Both the position numbers and the translations under genes were made by a program. Of a stretch of DNA of 64,000 bases, positions 39,469-47,534 are shown piece by piece. The stretch comes from Vulcanimicrobiota bacterium (GTDB lineage Bacteria > Vulcanimicrobiota > Xenobia > Xenobiales > JADMJV01): NCBI GenBank assembly GCA_050250895.1, contig JBFWNU010000005.1, forward strand, positions 128,001 to 192,000. Reading direction: 5' to 3'. A model generated the notes under the pieces. That model did no database searches. It saw only the letters and a program-made list of their open reading frames with translations, and was not told the DNA's origin. The stretch's first letter is position 1; each line of letters opens with the position of its first letter.

Positions 39469-40452
39469 GTGGCTCTCGGGCTTGAAGAAAGTTCCAGGGT
39501 GAACAACCGATGGGTCAGGCGTTTGCTACTGTTGTTTGCCTTTGCCGTCGTCGGCTACGCCGCCTGGAACCCGGGCCGCCATGAGCCACTGCCCGCCCGC
39601 CACAACGGAGCCTGGCTGACGCACGCCTGGTGGGCCGACCAGACCTGGTTCGACCAGTCCGCAAGAAGGCAAGAAGACTATCTGGACCAGGTCGAGCGGC
39701 TGCAATCCCTGCTCGAGGCGGGCATCGACGACTGGTACGTCCACGCCTGCCCCTGCTATCCCTCAGGCGAGTTGCCAGCCGTGAATCTAGAGCAAGCAAG
39801 ACGGCTCACCGCCGTCAATCACCAGGGCCAGGTGTTGGCCTGGGTCGGGGGGATGGTCGGAGAGGACGCTTTTCCCGAACGCCCCCAGTGGCGGCGCACC
39901 TTCGCCCAGGCCTGCGCCCGGCTGGTCAAAGAAGGCGAGTTGGACGGCATCTCGCTCAACCTCGAGCCGTGTCCCTCCTTCACTCCCGGCTTTCTGGAGT
40001 TGCTCGAAGAGCTGCGAGTAGCCCTGCCGGTCGGAGCCAGGCTATCGGTGGTCGCTCACCCACCACCCAGCTGGCTTCATCCCGTGCCGGCCCTGCATTG
40101 GAACCGGGGCTTTTACGCCGAGGTGTCGGCCCGCTGCGACGACCTGTGTGTGATGGCCTACGACACCGCCCAGCCCAGTTCCAAAACCTATACCCATCTG
40201 GTCTCGAGCTACAGCCGGCGGGCCATGCAGTGGTCGAGCGCCCCGGTGCGCGTCGGGCTACCGGCTTATGAAGAAGACAGCCTCTATCACCGCGATCGGG
40301 TCGAGAATCTGGCCAACGCCTTGCCTGGGCTCGCGGCCGCGCTCCATCCGAAGGTGCCCGGCAATTATGCAGGTTGGGCCGTCTACGCCGAGTGGAGCCT
40401 GGATTCGGCCGAGTTGCGATTTTTGCGCCAGCCCACCGTGCCGGGGCGATGA
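39469..40452 (+). CDS. GH18-like TIM-barrel protein, membrane anchored
   Basis: LDGISLNLEP (degenerate DxxDxDxE), VMAYD, GLPAY. Confidence 0.65.
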   Translation: MALGLEESSRVNNRWVRRLLLLFAFAVVGYAAWNPGRHEPLPARHNGAWLTHAWWADQTWFDQSARRQEDYLDQVERLQSLLEAGIDDWYVHACPCYPSGELPAVNLEQARRLTAVNHQGQVLAWVGGMVGEDAFPERPQWRRTFAQACARLVKEGELDGISLNLEPCPSFTPGFLELLEELRVALPVGARLSVVAHPPPSWLHPVPALHWNRGFYAEVSARCDDLCVMAYDTAQPSSKTYTHLVSSYSRRAMQWSSAPVRVGLPAYEEDSLYHRDRVENLANALPGLAAALHPKVPGNYAGWAVYAEWSLDSAELRFLRQPTVPGR

Positions 40453-40528
40453 GACTCCTTTAAGGGCCGTTGGGTATCCTGGACCTCCAACCATCCTCGT
40501 CCAGCTTTTCCGTAGCGAGGACACAACA

Positions 40529-41215
40529 GTGATTGTTATAAATAGGGCCGCCAATTTGGGCAAGGCCAACGATATCGAGTCTCTCAAGAGGCTCAAGGAG
40601 CAAGCCGCCAGGCAAGAGGCTGAGGACGCCAGCGCTCGGCGCGACCAGCTGGCCGCAGGCCGCGAACTCTCTGAATTCGATAGATTGAGCGCCTTCTTCA
40701 AGAAATGTCAGGGCAGCTCTTTGGACCAGGCCGGCGACGATCCCAAGAAGGTCGTGCTCGACGACGTTCCGATGCTGAACATCGCTTCTGCTGTAGCTCT
40801 GGGAACGCTTCGGGCTCTCTCTTTCGGTTACATCGATCATCCCGGCCTGAAGGCCCGCATCACCGGCGTGGCCGAGTTCGATGACTCCGGCAACCTGACC
40901 AAGCTCGATTGCGAGACGAGACGCGAGGGCATGCAAACCTTTGACCGCTCCCTCATGATGCAGAGTCCGTACTCTGAAAGTTCGGGTGAATACCACGCCG
41001 CGGTTGGGGCGGACGGAAGTATGCGCCACCAGCACCGCACCGACCGTCGGGACGATTTGGTCTTCCGTCGTGAGAGTTGGAACATCGAAGGCAGTCCCAC
41101 CAAAGGGTACGATTTTCAGTATACCGGGAACCAGTCCATGCCCAGGGGCTGGGCCTGGAGTGGATTCAATGACGGCTTTCAGGGCCACGGTCATTTAGAC
41201 CCGACAGTCCACTAG
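40529..41215 (+). CDS. Hypothetical protein
   Basis: GAGGA RBS then GTG; globular composition. Confidence 0.6.
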   Translation: MIVINRAANLGKANDIESLKRLKEQAARQEAEDASARRDQLAAGRELSEFDRLSAFFKKCQGSSLDQAGDDPKKVVLDDVPMLNIASAVALGTLRALSFGYIDHPGLKARITGVAEFDDSGNLTKLDCETRREGMQTFDRSLMMQSPYSESSGEYHAAVGADGSMRHQHRTDRRDDLVFRRESWNIEGSPTKGYDFQYTGNQSMPRGWAWSGFNDGFQGHGHLDPTVH

Positions 41216-41235
41216 CTTCCCCGGTCTACCCCGGA

Positions 41236-41249
41236 CTTCCGCGCGGAAG
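41236..41249. repeat. REP-like palindrome CTTCCGCGCGGAAG
   Basis: Perfect 14-bp palindrome between convergent genes; same family as 31998-32335. Confidence 0.55.
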
Positions 41250-41260
41250 AGCAACTCGGC

Positions 41261-41668
41261 TCAAGGCCGCTCGATGAGGCCCTGGACAGCTGTGTACTGC
41301 GGGTAGTTGGCGGTGGTGATGCTGGCATCCACGTGGTTGAAGCCATAGCAATACATTGTGTAGGCGTCCGGCAGCGAGTGGGAACGGTAGGTCAAGGTGT
41401 AGGTCTCGATGCCGGCTTTGGGACAGGTGGGGACGGTTTTGAGGTAGTTCGGCGTGATGAGAAGGAAGCTGTTGGTGGTCGGGTAGCGGCCAGACCAGTC
41501 GGTGGAATACATCTCCAGAGCCGTGCCCATGTTCTTCAAGTTGGACTTGCAGGAGGTGAGGTTGCCCTGGCGATGATGGCACCGTGCACGTGTTCCAACC
41601 ATGAGAGCCAGCCCGCAGCCGACCAGTCCCAGGACTATCACGATCCAGGTATCGTCATGTTTATCCAT
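41261..41668 (-). CDS. Pilin-head paralog 6
   Basis: TM, CKSNLKNMGTALEMYSTDWSGRYP..ANYPQYTAVQGLIERP. Confidence 0.85.
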   Translation of the reverse strand: MDKHDDTWIVIVLGLVGCGLALMVGTRARCHHRQGNLTSCKSNLKNMGTALEMYSTDWSGRYPTTNSFLLITPNYLKTVPTCPKAGIETYTLTYRSHSLPDAYTMYCYGFNHVDASITTANYPQYTAVQGLIERP

Positions 41669-41677
41669 CACGAGGGT

Positions 41678-41703
41678 TACGAGGCGGGGGTCCCGCCGGT
41701 TCA
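41678..41703 (-). promoter_or_regulatory. ECF-type promoter TGAACC-N16-CGTA
   Basis: Exact motif, 9 nt before ATG 41668. Confidence 0.8.
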
Positions 41704-41716
41704 AGGCCGACTCGAG

Positions 41717-42541
41717 CTAGGGGAGGGTCAGTTCGGGGTGACGATTGACGTCTTTGTAGAGGAGATAGCGAAAGGGCTCGTCGCTGGTGGCCATGCAGGC
41801 CTGGGGGCACCAGGCTCGCAGCCACATGAAGTCGCCCGGGCCGACGCTCACCCAGTCGCGGTTGAGCAGGTAGCGGGCCGTGCCCTGCAAGACGTACAGA
41901 CCGTGCTCCATGATGTGGGTCTCGGCGAACGGGATGCGGCCCCCGGGGCGGAAGGTCACGATGTTGGCGTGCATGTCGTGGCGGATATCGGTGGGGTCGA
42001 CGAAGCGGGTGGTGCCCCAGGCCTCGGTGCCGGGCATATACTCGATGAGCTCGGGCCGGTCGTGGTCGATGACCACTTCGGGAGCGGAGAGCCCGGGGGC
42101 GGCGACCCAGCGTTTGCGGATCCAGTGAAAGCGTAGGGGGCCGTCGCCGCTGCTCTGGACGGTCCAGGTGTGGCCGGGGGGAAGATAGGCGTAGCCGCCG
42201 GCCCCCAGGGTGTGCACCTGACCATCGACGGTCAGCTTCATCTCGCCGCTGGCCACCAAAAGGGCCGCCTGGGCACCGGGGTCAGGCTCGGGGTGCTCGG
42301 AGCCTCCGCCCGGCTCGACCTCGACGGCATACTGGGCGAAGGTCTCGGCAAAGCCAGACAGCGGGCGGGCCAGGATCCAGGCGCGGGTGCGCTGCCAGCC
42401 GGGCAACAGGCTGGTCACGATGTCGCGCATCACCGAGGCCGGGATGAAGGCGTAGGCGGTGGTGAACACCGCGCCTGATTCAGACGGGTCCTCGCGCTGG
42501 GGGGGCAGGCCTCCGGGCGGGAAGGCGTAGGTGAACTTCAT
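41717..42541 (-). CDS. allE: (S)-ureidoglycine aminohydrolase (bicupin)
   Basis: RPLSGFAETF, ETHIMEHGLYVL, CPQAC, YLLYKDVNRH. Confidence 0.9.
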   Translation of the reverse strand: MKFTYAFPPGGLPPQREDPSESGAVFTTAYAFIPASVMRDIVTSLLPGWQRTRAWILARPLSGFAETFAQYAVEVEPGGGSEHPEPDPGAQAALLVASGEMKLTVDGQVHTLGAGGYAYLPPGHTWTVQSSGDGPLRFHWIRKRWVAAPGLSAPEVVIDHDRPELIEYMPGTEAWGTTRFVDPTDIRHDMHANIVTFRPGGRIPFAETHIMEHGLYVLQGTARYLLNRDWVSVGPGDFMWLRAWCPQACMATSDEPFRYLLYKDVNRHPELTLP

Positions 42542-42575
42542 AGCCAGGCATTTTCCAGCCCCGCCCTAATGCCTT

Positions 42576-43646
42576 CTAGACCTGGCGGGCGCGGTCGCGC
42601 TGGGCCTGAAGGTCGGGAAAGAACATCTCGCCCACGATGGGGTCGTCCTGGTGGCTGATGCGCCATAGAGCTACCAGGCGGGGCGGGCGGGCGTCCATCT
42701 TGTTGAGCTCTTCCAACCAGGCCGGGCTATCGCGGAAGGTATGGCGCCATTTCGCCACGCTGGCCTGGTAGACGGGGTCGCCGGTCTCGACTTTGACCAG
42801 CAGGCCCTTGTCGGCCAGCGACTCGATGATGGGAAGGTTGGGGTTGTCGGCGGTCAGATCGAGAAAGGACATGTCGACCTCGTCCGGATCGTTGTCGATG
42901 ATGCGCCAGACCATTTTCTGTTCGGCCCGAGACAGGCCGGGATAAGCCTCGGCCAGCGGCAAGCGAGCTTCGTGCTTGGGCTTGGCGGGCATGGCCAGCA
43001 TGACTTTCTGGTCCTGGGAATCGAGGCTGGCTGGCACGCGTTGGCGCAGTTCGGCCGCCCAGGCGGGGTCGGCCAGCAGTTGGCCTCGTCCGTCGGCGCC
43101 GTGCAAAGAGCGGGACAGCAGCTTGGTCATTAGTTGTTCCCACTTCGGCCTGGGATTATCACCGATGGGGGTGGGGTCGAGTTCGTCGAGACCGAAGACA
43201 GCTTGTTGAGCTTGAATGCCTTGCAGGTCGACCAGGGGCTCCTTGGCCAGGGCCTGCTGGAAGCTTGCGAAGAAACGTTCTTTGTCCTGCCCGTCGGCGA
43301 TGATGATGTGGAGGAAGTCTACGTCGGATTTGGGCAGGGCCAGACCGCGCCCGACCGAGCAGTAGGGGTCATAGCCGGCATAGAGCACCGGAATGCCGGT
43401 TTCTTTTGCGGCGGCTTTAAGACTGTCGCGGACATGGTCGAGCATGCGATGACTCACCAACTGCAGGTCGGGAAAGCCGGTGGCCGCTTCCTGGCGAGCC
43501 AGTTCGGGGTCTTTGGGCGCTACCAGCCCGGGCGGAATGAGCCCCGGCTCTTCGGGTGAACACGGCGTGAACCGGTCGCCGGGCGCGGTGGCCGAGGCGG
43601 TTCGGAGCCGGGCGACCGGTGGCGATTGAGCCGGACGGATGACCAT
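42576..43646 (-). CDS. Hypothetical protein with Pol-beta-type nucleotidyltransferase-like motif
   Basis: YCSVGRGLALPKSDVDFL. Confidence 0.5.
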   Translation of the reverse strand: MVIRPAQSPPVARLRTASATAPGDRFTPCSPEEPGLIPPGLVAPKDPELARQEAATGFPDLQLVSHRMLDHVRDSLKAAAKETGIPVLYAGYDPYCSVGRGLALPKSDVDFLHIIIADGQDKERFFASFQQALAKEPLVDLQGIQAQQAVFGLDELDPTPIGDNPRPKWEQLMTKLLSRSLHGADGRGQLLADPAWAAELRQRVPASLDSQDQKVMLAMPAKPKHEARLPLAEAYPGLSRAEQKMVWRIIDNDPDEVDMSFLDLTADNPNLPIIESLADKGLLVKVETGDPVYQASVAKWRHTFRDSPAWLEELNKMDARPPRLVALWRISHQDDPIVGEMFFPDLQAQRDRARQV

Positions 43647-43656
43647 GCCTAAGAGT

Positions 43657-44280
43657 CTAAGGCCGGACCGTTAAAGAAACCTCATTCAACCATTCGGCCA
43701 GCAGCTGGGCGGTCGCATCCTGGTGATAGAACTCGGCCTGCTGGCGGGGCGTGCGGCGATGACCGTTGAGGGCGTTGGGCTGGGCTCCGTGAGCGAGCAG
43801 GCAGCGCACCGTCTCGAGGTGGCCCTGGGCTGCGGCCAGGTGGAGTGGAGTCTGGCTGTCGTGAGAGTGAAGCCACTCCAGCTCCTCTTTGCCTGGGCCG
43901 TGGGGGTCGATGACGGGTGGGTTGACCGGGGCGCCAGCCGCGATGAGCAGCTCGACGATCTCGGTTTGGCCGGCCTCGGCGGCGGTGCGAATCAAGTCGG
44001 GGCGAAGAGGCGAGGCACCCTGTTCGAGCAGCAGGCGCACAAAGCGGGGACGGCCTTCGTCGACGGCCAGGGCGAGAAGCGGTTCTGAGCACACCCTGCG
44101 GCCGGCGAAGGTGTCCTGGAGCTGGCGAAATCGAGCCAGCTCGTCGGCCTCGATGGTTTGTTCCATTTGGGCCAGAGTCTCGAGCTTCATCCGCGTGATG
44201 CGCTCCCCGATGCTGTTATAGCCGACTGCAGCCAGCAGCAGCAAGGCGATCAAGAGCAGGCATTTTTCTTGGCTTGTCAT
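43657..44280 (-). CDS. Membrane-anchored ankyrin repeat protein
   Basis: TPLHLAAAQGHLETVRCLLAHGA; N-terminal TM. Confidence 0.88.
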   Translation of the reverse strand: MTSQEKCLLLIALLLLAAVGYNSIGERITRMKLETLAQMEQTIEADELARFRQLQDTFAGRRVCSEPLLALAVDEGRPRFVRLLLEQGASPLRPDLIRTAAEAGQTEIVELLIAAGAPVNPPVIDPHGPGKEELEWLHSHDSQTPLHLAAAQGHLETVRCLLAHGAQPNALNGHRRTPRQQAEFYHQDATAQLLAEWLNEVSLTVRP

Positions 44281-44394
44281 TCTGCCAGCATAGCCGAAGG
44301 CGAGTCGATTCTGCGGTGAACTGGCTAACGCGCGTTCGGTGACGGGGATCACCATTAAAGGGACTTACCCTAGCCGGCGCAAAGCTAGCGCGGC

Positions 44395-46713
44395 GTGGAC
44401 ATCGAGGCTATGGCCAGAGAGGTGGGGGGGCCGGTTTACCCGGTCATTCGGCAGCAGCCGGATCCGATGGCCTACCTCCGGCGCCACTACCCGGCGGCCC
44501 CTCGCGAGGATGCGGCCAACGGCTACGAACAGTGGCTCTTCGCCCAGATGTTGGCGGCTCGCCGGCCCCGGTTCACGCATCCGCCCCGGCGGCTGGGGCA
44601 TCGCCTGGTCTTGATTCTCAGCGCTCCTCGCTCGGGGTCGACGTTGCTGCGCAACGCCCTGTCGTTTGCCCCCGAAGTGCGGGCCATTCCCGAGTATGGT
44701 CTGCTGGCCTACGAGTCGAACGACCAGCTGGGCCTGCTTGGGGGACTGGGGATGCCAGTCGAGGACCCTGGTCGACTCTACGGCGGCAGCGTGCTGGAGA
44801 AGTCGACCAGCTACGCCCTCTGGCCGTCCCTGCTAGAGCGTTTAGCCGGCCACTTCGAGCGGCTCGAGTTGGTGCACCTGGTGCGAGACATCAGAGCCGT
44901 GCGCCGCTCTTTTGCCCGGGCCCGGCTGGACCGCGTCTTCTTTGGCGGGCGGCATCCCTTTGCTCCCGAGGTGCTGGGCGAGTTGGTGTGGCAAACGGTG
45001 GAACAGAATCTCAGCGAGTTCGAGCCCGTCCGCTTTGAAGAGCTGGTGGCTCGGCCCGAGCAGAGCTTACGCGAGTTGTGCCGGCGGCTTGGCCTGACCT
45101 TCCAGGAGCAGATGCTGGCCCCCTGGGACGTGCCCAGGGCTGGGCTCGACGACCCTTTTCATGGTGAGCATCGTCACTGGAAAGTGGCTGCTCCCGTGGT
45201 CGAGGCCAGCCGGCGGTTGCCCTGTCTCCACCAACTCGTGCGGGGCCAGGACGAGGCTCCAGCCGTGGCCGTCGGCCCACGGTCTTACACCTACGCCCAT
45301 CTGCGCCAGCGGGTCGAGGAAGTGGCCGGCTTTCTGTCAGGGCGCTGTCGGCCCGGGTCTCGGGTGGGTCTGACCATGGCACCGGGCTTCGAGGGACTGG
45401 CCTGTATGCTTGCCATCATGCGCGTCGGCGCCATCTACGTCCCCCTGCCCCCTCAGCTTCCCCCCGCCCGCCGGGCTCAAGTCGAGCGTCACATCGAGCT
45501 GTTAGTCGACCAGCCGCCGCCGGCCGGACCCGACCCGGGACTCCCCTGGGACGACCCCACCAGCCCAGCCTACGTTCTGTTCACCTCCGGCTCTACTGGG
45601 GTTCCCAAAGGCGTGGTAGTAGCCCATCAGGGAGTAAGCAATGTGGTGCTGCAACAGATCGCCCTGTTTGAAGTCGAGCCTCACAGTCGGGTGCTGCAGG
45701 GGGCGCCCTGGACCTTCGACACTTCCATCGTGCAGATGTTCATGGCTCTGGGAGCAGGGGCCACCCTGGTTTTCCCAGAGCATCCCCTGGAGTTGGCCGA
45801 GGCTGCCCGGGGCGTGACCCATTTGGACCTGGTCCCCTCGCTGCTGGCCACCTTGCCTGATGAGCTCGAGGCACGCGTCATCAGCACCGGAGGCGAGCCA
45901 TGCCCCCGAGGGCTGGTCCAACGACTGGCCACCGGCCGCCGTTTCTTCCATTGCTATGGCCTGACCGAGACTTCCATCTGCTCGACCCTGCGCGAGTGCT
46001 TTGCCGACGAGGCTGACGACCCGCCCATCGGTCGTGCTCTCGAGGGCGTCCATGTCTATCTGCTGGAAGACGGGCAACCGGTCCCTTTCGGAGCCGAAGG
46101 CGAGCTGTACATCGGGGGAGTTGGAGTGGGGCTGGGGTATCTCGATGGCGGCGACCGGTTCCTTCCCGATCCCTTCCGCCCGGGCAAGATGTTTCGCACC
46201 GGAGACCGGGCGCGTTACAACGCTGATGGAGAGCTGGTCTTTCTGGGCCGAGTCGACCGCCAGCTCAAGCTGGGCGGGGTCCGCCTCGAGCCCGGTGAGG
46301 TCGAGAGCCTGTTGCGCACTCATCCCCGGATCGAGCAGGCCACCGCCAAGTGTTTCGAAGGGAGCCTGGTGGTGAGCTACCAGGGTACCCTCGAGCCCGC
46401 TTTGGCCACTGAATATCTGCGCCAGCACCTCCCCTCGGAGGCCATGCCCACTCGCCTCGAGCGGCTCGAGTGCGAGACCGCGGCAGCCACCCCGCGCGGA
46501 CTGGCCGCTCGGGTGGCCGGATTGTGGGCCGGCACGGTGGGGGCCTCGCACTGGCCAACCGCTCGGCGCTTCTGGGAGAGGGGAGGTACTTCCCTCGACT
46601 TGATGCGGTTTCGCGCCCGCCTCGAGCAAGAGTTGGGGGGCTCGGTGGCCATGGCCGACCTGTTTGCCCATCCCACTCCGGCGCAGCTGGCAGCCCACCT
46701 GGAGAAGCGATGA
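44395..46713 (+). CDS. Sulfotransferase-A-PCP NRPS
   Basis: SAPRSGSTLL and HLVRD (PAPS sites), FTSGSTGVPKG, FRTGD, GGTSL. Confidence 0.85.
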   Translation: MDIEAMAREVGGPVYPVIRQQPDPMAYLRRHYPAAPREDAANGYEQWLFAQMLAARRPRFTHPPRRLGHRLVLILSAPRSGSTLLRNALSFAPEVRAIPEYGLLAYESNDQLGLLGGLGMPVEDPGRLYGGSVLEKSTSYALWPSLLERLAGHFERLELVHLVRDIRAVRRSFARARLDRVFFGGRHPFAPEVLGELVWQTVEQNLSEFEPVRFEELVARPEQSLRELCRRLGLTFQEQMLAPWDVPRAGLDDPFHGEHRHWKVAAPVVEASRRLPCLHQLVRGQDEAPAVAVGPRSYTYAHLRQRVEEVAGFLSGRCRPGSRVGLTMAPGFEGLACMLAIMRVGAIYVPLPPQLPPARRAQVERHIELLVDQPPPAGPDPGLPWDDPTSPAYVLFTSGSTGVPKGVVVAHQGVSNVVLQQIALFEVEPHSRVLQGAPWTFDTSIVQMFMALGAGATLVFPEHPLELAEAARGVTHLDLVPSLLATLPDELEARVISTGGEPCPRGLVQRLATGRRFFHCYGLTETSICSTLRECFADEADDPPIGRALEGVHVYLLEDGQPVPFGAEGELYIGGVGVGLGYLDGGDRFLPDPFRPGKMFRTGDRARYNADGELVFLGRVDRQLKLGGVRLEPGEVESLLRTHPRIEQATAKCFEGSLVVSYQGTLEPALATEYLRQHLPSEAMPTRLERLECETAAATPRGLAARVAGLWAGTVGASHWPTARRFWERGGTSLDLMRFRARLEQELGGSVAMADLFAHPTPAQLAAHLEKR

Positions 46714-47534
46714 AACGAACCAGGCGCAGTCTCATGTGTTCTCCCGATCACTTCCAGGTGAGCTACTCTATCAACGACTGGATGGATCCGACCCGAGCCG
46801 TCGACCAGGAGCTGGCCCAGAGCCAGTGGCAGTCGCTCAAAACGCGGCTCGAAGAGTTGGGCCAGCAGGTGATGGTGGTCCCGGGCCAGGCCGGCTGGCC
46901 CGACATGGTTTTCGCGGCCGACTGCGGGTTGGCCCTGGGCGGCACCTTTTGGGTCAGCAACTTTCGCCATCCCGAGCGGGCCGGTGAGGCCGACCACTAC
47001 CGGAGGTGGTTCGAGTCCAACGGTCTTCAGGTGAGACAGGTGCCGGCCGGGATCACCTTCGAGGGTCTGGGCGACGTGATCGTGTGCGAGCGCGGTCTGG
47101 TGGTGGGCCTGGGGCCCCGCTCGTGTCCCGAATTGGCGGGCTGGTTACAGGACCAGGGTCTGCCCGTTTTGGCCCGCGTCGAGCTAGCCCAGGAGCGATT
47201 TTATCACACCGCTAATGTCCTGGCTTGTCTGGACGGGTCCACGCTGATCTATTATCCCGACGCCTTCACTGCCGCCAGTCGCCAGGCGCTGTCCTTGGTC
47301 TTCGATCAGTTGGTGGAATGCACTCAGAGCGACGCGGTCGACCACTTCGCTTGCAACTGCATGACGGTCGCCCAGACAGTGCTGATGGGAGAGTGCTCTC
47401 CACCGCTGCGGGCCCAGCTAGCGCGGTTGGGGTGGAGGGTCGAGAGCCTGATTTTATCGGAATTCAAAAAGAGTGGGGCAGGAGTTCGGTGCCTGGTGTT
47501 GGATTTTTGGCAGCATGATCTGCCTGGGGGTTAA
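46710..47534 (+). CDS. Amidinotransferase/DDAH-fold (pentein) protein
   Basis: LMCSPDHF, PDMVF, FEG.GD, FYH, EFKKSG..RCL. Confidence 0.85.
   Translation: MKRTRRSLMCSPDHFQVSYSINDWMDPTRAVDQELAQSQWQSLKTRLEELGQQVMVVPGQAGWPDMVFAADCGLALGGTFWVSNFRHPERAGEADHYRRWFESNGLQVRQVPAGITFEGLGDVIVCERGLVVGLGPRSCPELAGWLQDQGLPVLARVELAQERFYHTANVLACLDGSTLIYYPDAFTAASRQALSLVFDQLVECTQSDAVDHFACNCMTVAQTVLMGECSPPLRAQLARLGWRVESLILSEFKKSGAGVRCLVLDFWQHDLPGG

Noticed and set aside
39469-40452. Active chitinase
   Set aside because: DxxDxDxE is degenerate (DGISLNLE); kept only as GH18-like.
37640-41668. Diversity-generating retroelement acting on the pilin paralogs
   Set aside because: Differences between paralogs 3 and 6 in conserved blocks are mostly synonymous and not adenine-specific; no reverse transcriptase in the window.
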